From assembly GCF_035285525.1 (NCBI RefSeq), contig NZ_JAYKGW010000039.1:1-32000 (forward strand): a DNA stretch of 32,000 nt. The letters run 5' to 3'. Position numbers and translations under genes: made by a program. The notes under the pieces were generated by a model. It saw only the letters and a program-made list of their open reading frames with translations, had not been told where the DNA came from and did no database searches. Positions 17,052-24,221 of this stretch are shown here, piece after piece (positions within the stretch are counted from its first letter, which is position 1; each line of letters starts with the position of its first letter). Source of the DNA: Okeania sp. Lineage in GTDB: Bacteria; Cyanobacteriota; Cyanobacteriia; Cyanobacteriales; Microcoleaceae.

Positions 17052-17237
17052 TTAATTTTCTTTTCTTCGTTTCAAAGGAGTTTTAATGAATTTGATTTTC
17101 CCTTTCCATTCTTTCTCGAACTGCTTTTGTCTCTCCAGACAATCAGCTAATATTAATTCCGGATCGTAGTTAAAAGCTTTGGCGTGTTCTTCTCGAATTT
17201 GGTAAATTTCTTCTAAAATTTCATCAGGTAACATCAT
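17052..17237 (-). CDS. Small hypothetical protein (61 aa)
   Basis: The protein MMLPDEILEEIYQIREEHAKAFNYDPELILADCLERQKQFEKEWKGKIKFIKTPLKRRKEN is charged and helical. I cannot name a family. Confidence 0.5.
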   Translation of the reverse strand: MMLPDEILEEIYQIREEHAKAFNYDPELILADCLERQKQFEKEWKGKIKFIKTPLKRRKEN

Positions 17238-17267
17238 AGTTTTTTCTTGCTAATTTATATGGTGTAA

Positions 17268-17340
17268 AATCCCCCTAAATCCCCCTTTGAAAGGGGGACT
17301 TTGAATACTCCCCCCTTACAAAGGGGGGCAGGGGGGGATA
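17268..17340. repeat. CCCCCTTTGAAAGGGGG hairpin repeat: 1 unit plus a terminal variant
   Basis: The sequence is AATCCCCCTAAATCCCCCTTTGAAAGGGGGACTTTGAATACTCCCCCCTTACAAAGGGGGGCAGGGGGGGATA. Confidence 0.85.
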
Positions 17341-17463
17341 CTTGCTCTGGCGGTTAAATAGCTAATAACATTAGAAGTAGACAATTAGAATTAAAAATTC
17401 AAAGTTAAAAGAAATAATATTTAGTGTTAGTATACTATTATAATCACTTATTACAAGGAAATA

Positions 17464-17880
17464 ATGCCAGCCAAAGATACTTATCATCAAGCTGTCAAAA
17501 ATGCTTTAATTAAAGATGGTTGGAAAATTTTAGCAGACCCTTATGTAATCAAATACAAAGATGCTGAATTATTTGCCGATTTAGCAGTAGAAAAACCTAT
17601 TGTTGCTCAAAGAAAAGGAGAAAAAATTGTTGTTGAAATTAAAAGCTTTTTAAGTCCCTCACCTATGAGAGATTTTGAAATGGCTTTAGGACAATATATT
17701 TTATATCGAAATTTAATCAATCTTACTCAACCAGAGTATCAAATTTACCTAGCAATTAAAGACAGTGTTTACGAAAACTTTTTTCAACGAGATTCAATTC
17801 AAGATATTACTAAAATAAATCAATTACTTTTGATTATTGTTGATATGGAACAGGAGGAAATTATCAAATGGATAAATTAG
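17464..17880 (+). CDS. xisH: XisH family protein (PD-(D/E)xK-like motif), copy 1
   Basis: The signature is MPAKDTYHQAVKNALIKDGW...FADLAVEK...KIVVEIKSF...ALGQYILYR. It overlaps xisI by 13 nt (ATGGATAAATTAG). Confidence 0.88.
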   Translation: MPAKDTYHQAVKNALIKDGWKILADPYVIKYKDAELFADLAVEKPIVAQRKGEKIVVEIKSFLSPSPMRDFEMALGQYILYRNLINLTQPEYQIYLAIKDSVYENFFQRDSIQDITKINQLLLIIVDMEQEEIIKWIN

Positions 17881-18209
17881 AAAAATATCGTAATTATATT
17901 AAAAAGATATTAACAGAATATCACGAATGGGTTTTAGGGGCAGCAAATTTAGACCGAGAAAGTTGTCTGGTTTTTGACGAGATACACGATCAATATTTTT
18001 GGCTGTTTATGGGTTGGGAAGGGAAGAAAAAAATCAGAAATATTCAAGTTCATATTCGGATTAAAAATGAGAAGATTTATATTGAGGAAGATTGGACGGA
18101 GTCAGGAATGGCTAATGAGTTATTAAGGGAAAATGTATCGAAAGAAGATATTGTTTTAGCTTTCCACGATCCTGAATCTCGTAAGTTAACTGATTTTGCT
18201 GTTGTTTGA
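17868..18209 (+). CDS. xisI: XisI family protein, copy 1
   Basis: The signature is MDKLEKYRNYIKKIL...IRIKNEKIYIEEDWTE.GMANELL...KEDIVLAFHDPESRKLTDFAVV. Confidence 0.88.
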   Translation: MDKLEKYRNYIKKILTEYHEWVLGAANLDRESCLVFDEIHDQYFWLFMGWEGKKKIRNIQVHIRIKNEKIYIEEDWTESGMANELLRENVSKEDIVLAFHDPESRKLTDFAVV

Positions 18210-18210
18210 T

Positions 18211-18326
18211 AATCCCCCTAAATCCCCCTTTGAAAGGGGGACTTTGAAGAACTTCCCCTAAATCCCCCTTTGAAAGGGGGACTTTGAAGAACTCCCCCAT
18301 TTGAAAGGGGGGCAACGGGGGATATA
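18211..18326. repeat. CCCCCTTTGAAAGGGGG hairpin repeat: 2 units plus a terminal variant
   Basis: AATCCCCCTAAATCCCCCTTTGAAAGGGGGACTTTGAAGAACTTCCCCTAAATCCCCCTTTGAAAGGGGGACTTTGAAGAACTCCCCCATTTGAAAGGGGGGCAACGGGGGATATA lies directly after the xisI-1 stop. Confidence 0.85.
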
Positions 18327-18382
18327 AAACTGTACCTCACAAGTATGGGGATTGCTGTAATTTATTTGAGGAAAATAAGGCT

Positions 18383-18475
18383 ATGAAACGAATTATTATT
18401 ACCTCTCTAATCGGAATCACAATCCTGACTACAACTCCCCTAATACTGCTACTATTACCAAAACGGATATACTAA
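18383..18475 (+). pseudogene. Duplicated 5' relic (about 26 homologous codons) of the TPR-CHAT gene
   Basis: MKRIIITSLIGITILTTTPLILLLLP is nearly identical to the start of the 19494 gene (MKRIIITSLIGITTLNITPLILPLLP). Homology is then lost and a stop follows (KRIY*). Confidence 0.75.
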
Positions 18476-18492
18476 GTTATTACAAGGAAATA

Positions 18493-18909
18493 ATGCCAGC
18501 CAAAGATACTTATCATCAAGCTGTAAAAAATGCTTTAACTAAAGATGGTTGGAAAATTACTTTTGACCCTTATCCTATTAAATATAAAGAAGTTAAATTA
18601 TTTGCCGATTTAGCTGGTGAAAAAACAATTTCTGCAACACGAGAAGGGCGTAAAATTGTGATTGAAATTAAAAGTTTCCTGAGTCGTTCTCCTATGCGTG
18701 AATTTGAAACAGCATTAGGGCAATATTTAATTTATCAAACATTTCTTTCTATCACTTATCCTAGTTCTAAAGTTTATTTGGCAGTTAATCACAAAATTTA
18801 TGAAAAGTTTTTTGTACAAATGGCAATTGAATTAATTATAGAAAAATATAAAGTTTCAGTATTAGTCGTTGACATTCAAAAAGAGGAAATAATTAAATGG
18901 ATAAGCTAA
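18493..18909 (+). CDS. xisH: XisH family protein, copy 2
   Basis: The signature is MPAKDTYHQAVKNALTKDGW...FADLAGEK...KIVIEIKSF...ALGQYLIYQ, with the same 13-nt overlap with xisI. Confidence 0.88.
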   Translation: MPAKDTYHQAVKNALTKDGWKITFDPYPIKYKEVKLFADLAGEKTISATREGRKIVIEIKSFLSRSPMREFETALGQYLIYQTFLSITYPSSKVYLAVNHKIYEKFFVQMAIELIIEKYKVSVLVVDIQKEEIIKWIS

Positions 18910-19238
18910 TTAATTATCAAAATATCATCAAACAAATTCTCACTAATTATCAAAGAATATCGGCACAAGTTCCCGATCCTGATATAGATGAAGTATTAAT
19001 ATTTGATGATGAAAGAAGTCAATATCTTTGGTTTAATATTGGCTGGAAAAATGATAGACGAGTTCAAGCTATTTCTGTTTATATTCGGATTAAAAATGAA
19101 AAGATTTATATTGAGGAAGATTGGACGGAAGAAGGAATGGCTAATGAGTTATTAAGGCAAAATGTATCGAAAGAAGATATTGTTTTAGCTTTCCACGATC
19201 CTGAATCTCGTAAGTTAACTGATTTTGCTGTTGTTTAA
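18897..19238 (+). CDS. xisI: XisI family protein, copy 2
   Basis: The protein starts MDKLINYQNIIKQIL. Its last 50 codons or so are almost identical at the DNA level to copy 1 (19084-19238 versus 18055-18209). Confidence 0.88.
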   Translation: MDKLINYQNIIKQILTNYQRISAQVPDPDIDEVLIFDDERSQYLWFNIGWKNDRRVQAISVYIRIKNEKIYIEEDWTEEGMANELLRQNVSKEDIVLAFHDPESRKLTDFAVV

Positions 19239-19241
19239 ATT

Positions 19242-19434
19242 GAGAATCCCCCTAAATCCCCCTTTGAAAGGGGGACTTTGAGAATCCCCCTAAATCCCCC
19301 TTTGAAAGGGGGACTTTGAGAATCCCCCTAAATCCCCCTTTGAAAGGGGGACTTTGAGAATCCCCCTAAATCCCCCTTTGAAAGGGGGACTTTGAAGAAC
19401 TCCCCCCTTTGAAAGGTGGGCAAGGGGGGATATA
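19242..19434. repeat. Tandem 38-bp hairpin repeat x4 plus a terminal variant
   Basis: The unit GAGAATCCCCCTAAATCCCCCTTTGAAAGGGGGACTTT starts at 19242, 19280, 19318 and 19356. The variant GAAGAACTCCCCCCTTTGAAAGGTGGGCAAGGGGGGATATA starts at 19394. Confidence 0.95.
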
Positions 19435-19493
19435 ATACTATTTCTCACAAGTATGGGAATTACTATAATTATTTATTTGAGGAAAATAAGACT

Positions 19494-22090
19494 ATGAAAC
19501 GAATTATTATTACCTCTCTAATCGGAATCACAACTCTGAATATAACTCCCCTAATACTGCCACTATTACCACAAGAGAGTTACGCCCAAACTTCTGACTC
19601 TGAGGCAGAAAAGTTAGAGCAGTTACTAAAAACAGCATCGCAGCAAAGGAAGGGAATACCAATATCAGGAGTCTATAGAAGCATTTCAACAAGCTTTAGT
19701 TATTGCCAGAAAAATTAAAGACCGAAAAAAAGAGGCAGATGCTAACCTTGGTCTTGGTGTCAACTACGATCATATAGGTCAACCACAAGAAGCATTAAAC
19801 TTTTATAACAAAGCTTTGATAATTTTTCGGGAAGTAGGCGATCTCTCAGGTATTTCCACCACTCTTAATAATATTGGTATAGTTTACCGTCAAACAGGTG
19901 AACCCCAAAAAGCATTAGAATACTACGAGGAAGACTTACTTATCAGTCAGAAGATTGGCGATCGCTCCGAAGAAGCGGTTACGCTCAATAACATTGGTGT
20001 AGTTTACCGCCAAATAAGTGAACCTCAAAAAGCATTAGAATACTACCAGCAAGCTTTAGCTATCTGGCAGGAAGTAGGCGATCGCTCTAGAGAAGCTGCT
20101 ACTCTTAATAATATTGGTGCAGTTTACCACACTATAGGTCAACTCCAAAAGGCATTAGAATACTATGAGCAAGACTTACTAATAAATCGGGAAATAGGCG
20201 ATCGCTCAGGTATTTCTACTGCTCTTAATAATATTGGTCTAGTTTACCATCGTATAGGTGAACCTCAAAAAGCGTTAGAATATTACGAGCAAGACTTACT
20301 AATCAGTCGGGAAATAGGCGATCGCTTTGGAGAAGCTATTACTCTCAATAATATTGGTGGAGTCTACGAAAATATAGGTGAACCGCAAAAGGCATTAGAA
20401 TACTAGCAGCAAGCTTTACTTATCAGACAAGAAGTAGGCGATCGCTCTGGGGAAGCTACTACTCTCAATAATATTGGTTTAGTTTACCATGTTATAGGTG
20501 AACCGCAAAAGGCATTAGAATACTACCAGCAAGCTTTACATATCAGGCAAGAAGTAGGCGATATCTCTGGAGAAGCTATTACTTTCAATAATATTGCTTA
20601 TCTTCACCGAGATAACAACGAACCAGAGAAAGCTATACACCACTGGGAAAAGTCAATACAAATTACCCTAAAAATGCGTGCGGGGTTAAAAAAAGAAGAC
20701 CGCAAATATTTTTTAGGAGATAATGACTATAAAGCGAATGCTCTTGTCGATTTTCTCATTGAGCAAAATAAACCTGATGCTGCCTGGCAATGGTATAACC
20801 GAGTTACTACTTTCGACCTCGCTGACTACACTCGCCTTATTGATGCCAAAGTCAAAAACCCAAAAGCTCAAAAACTGATTAACCAATGGCAACAAAACAA
20901 TCAACAATTACAATTTTTCTACAGCAAAATAGAAGATAAATGGACTCCCCAACTTTCCCAACAAATTAACCAGTTACAAGCAGAAACCAGCCTACTCGCA
21001 GAAAACATTAGCAAAGAATGCCCAGAAGTTGCCGAGCTTTTTGAGTTCAAGCCAGAAGACATCGACAAACTTAAAGCCAATATTCCACCAGATACTGTTG
21101 TTATTCAACCTGCTCTTTTAACTGGTAATACAGAATTTCCCGATAGCATCGCCATATTTTTTGTCACCAGAGATAAACCTGTCTTAGTTAAAAAATTTCC
21201 TATAGATAAAAAAGAATTTAATGACATCCTCACAGAATATCGACAGCAACTAGAAAATCCCAACGCCGACGACTACGACATTAACCAAGAAAAACTCTAT
21301 GACTATCTGATTCGCCCAATGGAAGCAGAAATAGCTGCTTACCCCCCCCAAACAACTTGCCATCATCGCTACCGGAAAATTGCGTTATATTCCTTTTGAA
21401 ACCCTATTTGATAATCAAACAGACCAATATTTACTGGAAAAATATCCCATCCACTACCTCACTCGCATCTCTGGCAACAAAAAACCGGAATCAAAAAACA
21501 CTAAACGCCAGAAAGTATTAGCATTTGGAAATCCGACTCCCACAAAATTAAATCTCCCTGGTGCAGAAGAGGAGGCTAAAGCGATCGCCGAAATGTTATC
21601 AAGCAAACATTACATTCGAGAAGAGGCAACCCTCCCTCGTTTTAAAAACGAATCCCTCGGTTTTTCCTTAGTGCATCTCGCTACCCACGGTTGCTTTCAA
21701 AAAGGTGGTTGCCCTGATGTTGGTTTAGAGGAAGGTACTATTTTGTTTGCCAACGATAAAACTTTTAATATCAGAGATGCTGCACTTTTAGGATTAGAAA
21801 ATACAGATTTAATCGTTTTGAGTGCTTGCCAAACTGCCATGGAAGCTAACTCTAACGGTGAAGAAATAGCCGGAGTTGCCTATTTATTTGAGCGTGCCGG
21901 TGCGGATGCTGTCATTGCCAGTTTATGGAATGCCGAGGATGAGACAACCAAGGATATTATGGTGAAATTTTATCAGTATTTGCAACAAGGAATGACCAAG
22001 GTGGAGGCATTACGTCAGGCGAAGTTAAGTTATGCTAGGGAGTATGTCAGTCCGTTTTATTGGTCCCCTTTGATTTTGATAGGAAATTGA
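19494..22090 (+). pseudogene. TPR-repeat / CHAT-domain (caspase-like) protease gene with two frameshifts and one in-frame TAG
   Basis: The gene has a signal-like N-terminus and at least 7 repeats with an exact 120-bp period (GCATTAGAATACTA at 19911, 20031 ... 20511). The CHAT domain retains the catalytic His (LATHG, 21686-21688) and Cys (LSACQT, 21827-21829). The lesions are a frame change within 19630-19660, TAG at 20404-20406 where paralogous repeats have TAC, and a frame change at the C8 run 21342-21349. Confidence 0.8.
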
Positions 22091-22103
22091 AGGAAGAAGG
22101 AGT

Positions 22104-22133
22104 TGTAGGGACGTTGCATGCAACGTCCCTACA
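22104..22133. terminator. 30-bp perfect palindrome after the CHAT gene stop (possible terminator or dispersed-repeat hairpin)
   Basis: TGTAGGGACGTTGCATGCAACGTCCCTACA lies 14 nt after the TGA at 22088-22090. No T run follows. Confidence 0.45.
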
Positions 22134-22155
22134 GAGTCAGGAGGAAGTTAAGCTT

Positions 22156-22230
22156 TGTAGGTTGGGTTGACGTAGGAAACCCAACAATGATTGGTATATG
22201 TTGGGTTCGCTGTCGCTTAACCCAACCTAC
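22156..22230. mobile_element. MITE of the GTAGGTTGGGTT family
   Basis: The sequence is TGTAGGTTGGGTTGACGTAGGAAACCCAACA...TGTTGGGTTCGCTGTCGCTTAACCCAACCTAC. Confidence 0.8.
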
Positions 22231-22275
22231 TACTAAAATTGTGGGTATTTGAGCAAGCAACCACCGAAGACCTCT

Positions 22276-22346
22276 CCCCCAACCCCTCTCCTGCAAGGAG
22301 AGGGGAGTTCTCTCCCCCTTCCCTTGCAGGGAAGGGGGTTGGGGGG
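22276..22346. repeat. Nested GC-rich palindromes (CCCCTCTCCTGCAAGGAGAGGGG and CCCCCTTCCCTTGCAGGGAAGGGGG)
   Basis: The two hairpins are at 22283-22305 and 22314-22338, flanked by CCCCCAACC / GGTTGGGGGG. They lie just 3' of the Uma2 gene stop on the minus strand. Confidence 0.8.
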
Positions 22347-22374
22347 TTAGGTTTTTCTTTTCACTACTTTTAAT

Positions 22375-23220
22375 TTAATCTGGCTCAATACCCAAATCCC
22401 GCAACTTAGCCTCAAGCTCTGCCAACTTCTGTAAAGCGGACTCCTTTTCTTGCTTTTCCTGTTCCGCACGTTGTAAAGCGGACTCTTTTTCCTGCTTTTC
22501 CTGTTCCGCACGTTGTAAAGCAGACTCCTTTTCTTGCTTTTCTTGTTCCGCACGCTCGGCACCAGTAGGAATCACATTTCCCTCAGCATCGCACCAACGT
22601 AACCAAACATCTTCCTTGCCTTCAAATTTTCCTGACCATAAAGTTAACCCCAACTGAACTTTTTCTAACCAAGTTTCCGTCATTTTCTGATAACCGCTTG
22701 CTCTCAACTCATAAACTTCTAGCAGAGAGTCTCCTAACATTTTCAGGGGATCGAAAACCACATAATACCAGGCTCCCATCCGGGCATAATTTTTAAGTTT
22801 ACTACCCAACTCGTTCCCCACTTTGTTAGAAACTATTTCCACGACTACATCTGGAGCTTTACCAAATTTCCAAGTATAATAGCTGCGGTCTTTTTTATGC
22901 TCCCAGTCATCGGGTATTGTCACATCTAGACTCAGAAAAACATCAGGCACTAAAGCTGGTTTTTCTGTAGAGTAAAATACTCCCACATTCGCTCCTGCCA
23001 AAAACTGACTGTTGCCATCTACACCAGACCATGAATCATATAAACAGTTGGTTAGGAGACGTTGTTGTTTTTCTGATTGAAAATTATCCACGGGAGTATC
23101 ATCCTCTATGGTTAAATCGCTAATATCGGGTTCAGGTGGAGTTTCATATTCTATTACATAATAACTAATACCAGGAGTAGTTACTTCTTCTGTTTCATCT
23201 GTTTTGATTTTAGATATCAT
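22375..23220 (-). CDS. Uma2-family (DUF820) endonuclease with a C-terminal repeat tail
   Basis: The typical N-terminal motif is DDTPVDNFQSEKQQRLL, followed by the core ...VPDVFL...PDVVVEIVS.... The C-terminus carries RAEQEKQEKESALQ x3. Confidence 0.85.
   Translation of the reverse strand: MISKIKTDETEEVTTPGISYYVIEYETPPEPDISDLTIEDDTPVDNFQSEKQQRLLTNCLYDSWSGVDGNSQFLAGANVGVFYSTEKPALVPDVFLSLDVTIPDDWEHKKDRSYYTWKFGKAPDVVVEIVSNKVGNELGSKLKNYARMGAWYYVVFDPLKMLGDSLLEVYELRASGYQKMTETWLEKVQLGLTLWSGKFEGKEDVWLRWCDAEGNVIPTGAERAEQEKQEKESALQRAEQEKQEKESALQRAEQEKQEKESALQKLAELEAKLRDLGIEPD
22429..22554. repeat. Intragenic tandem repeat, 3 x 42 bp, encoding RAEQEKQEKESALQ
   Basis: Units start at 22429, 22471 and 22513 (TTGTAAAGCGGACTC(C/T)TTTTC(T/C)TGCTTTTC(C/T)TGTTCCGCACG on the plus strand). 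Confidence 0.9.
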
Positions 23221-23391
23221 AATTTTACTTCCTAATTTACTTTAGGACAAAATATTTAGCTTCGTAGGCTGGGTTAATGTCAAGGAAACCCAACCTAATC
23301 AATTAATTTTTATGGGTAGGCGTTGCCTGTCTAATGGTATGCTTAAAAATTAATTATATTGTTATTCTTTGATTAAGTCAATGTTGTATTT

Positions 23392-23727
23392 TCAACCAAC
23401 AGCATATTCAGTAAATTTCCTCATAAATGGCGTATGAAAAGCAATAACAATATCCTTTTTATCTACTCCATTCGCCACTAACTCAGCAGCAATATCCCTT
23501 TCGGTTGCATTCCATTGAATCCAAACTTTTTCATCTTTAATATCAACATGAATGATACAACTATGTATCCATGTTTGCTCATCCCAACCCAGATAAACTA
23601 TTAGATAACGATTTCTTTCAACATCGAAAATAGTTGCAACTTCTATTTCTCCATGAGCAGGTTTATCTTGACTGTAATCTAATAACCATTCTTGAATACA
23701 ATGACGATATTTTTCTAATTTTTCCAT
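23392..23727 (-). CDS. xisI: XisI family protein, copy 3
   Basis: The signature is MEKLEKYRHCIQEWL...IHVDIKDEKVWIQWNATERDIAAELVANGVDKKDIVIAFHTPFMRKFTEYAVG. Confidence 0.88.
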   Translation of the reverse strand: MEKLEKYRHCIQEWLLDYSQDKPAHGEIEVATIFDVERNRYLIVYLGWDEQTWIHSCIIHVDIKDEKVWIQWNATERDIAAELVANGVDKKDIVIAFHTPFMRKFTEYAVG

Positions 23728-23777
23728 TGGACAATTTCCTCTTTTTCAACTTCATAAATAATTAATTTAATATCATT

Positions 23778-24134
23778 TTATTCAATCATTATTCGTGGTA
23801 ATTCTAATTGAAAAAAAGTGTTATATGTTACTGTTGGTATAGCAAGATAAAGAGTTCTTTCTGGAGCCTTTTTTGTCAGAGCTTTATGGTAAATCATATA
23901 TTGTCCCAAGGCTGTATGAAACTCATATCTTGCTGATGATTGAGGCAAAAAACTTTTAATTTCCACCGCAATTTTTCGTTGACTATTTTCGGCAGCAATT
24001 AATTTTTGAGAACCTAAATCTATTGACATATTTACACCACCAAATCTAATAGAATATGGATCGTGAGTAATGCGCCATCCTTCTTTGATTAGGGCATTTT
24101 TAACAACAGTATGAAAAGCATCTCTAGCAGACAT
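23778..24134 (-). CDS. xisH: XisH family protein, copy 3, shortened by an in-frame TAA (the full-length equivalent would be 23715..24134)
   Basis: The signature is MSARDAFHTVVKNALIKEGW...IDLGSQK...KIAVEIKSF. After TAA (23778-23780) the same frame reads NDIKLIIYEVEKEEIVQWKN*. That matches the XisH C-terminus and restores the 13-nt overlap with xisI. Confidence 0.8.
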   Translation of the reverse strand: MSARDAFHTVVKNALIKEGWRITHDPYSIRFGGVNMSIDLGSQKLIAAENSQRKIAVEIKSFLPQSSARYEFHTALGQYMIYHKALTKKAPERTLYLAIPTVTYNTFFQLELPRIMIE

Positions 24135-24221
24135 ATTTAAGGGACATTAACTTGATTTTGATTGTATTTTACCTCAATAGTCACTCACAGGCAAGATGCC
24201 TGTGCTACAGAGAGCGATATC

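Noticed and set aside
19242-19434. The 38-bp tandem repeat array might be a CRISPR array or a type III antitoxin RNA array.
   Set aside because: The units are directly abutting with no spacers, so this is not a CRISPR array. The unit is a simple G5/C5 hairpin that also occurs at 17268, 18211 and 26301, so it behaves as a dispersed REP/MITE-like repeat. The downstream gene is a TPR-CHAT protease, not a ToxN/AbiQ-type RNase.
19416-19493. The ORF-track start at 19416 would extend the TPR-CHAT gene upstream. Likewise the 29137 start would extend the GDYXXLXY gene.
   Set aside because: Both N-terminal extensions translate repeat DNA (the hairpin-repeat tail and GGAAGAAGG runs respectively). The internal ATGs at 19494 and 28976-28978 give sensible N-termini, and 19494 is duplicated as the relic at 18383.
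17464-24134. The inverted xisHI copies (plus strand at 17.4-19.2 kb, minus strand at 23.4-24.1 kb) might be the arms of an invertible or excisable segment carrying the CHAT and Uma2 genes.
   Set aside because: Copy 3 is similar to copies 1 and 2 only at the protein level. I saw no long identical DNA arms, and no recombinase gene is present in the window.
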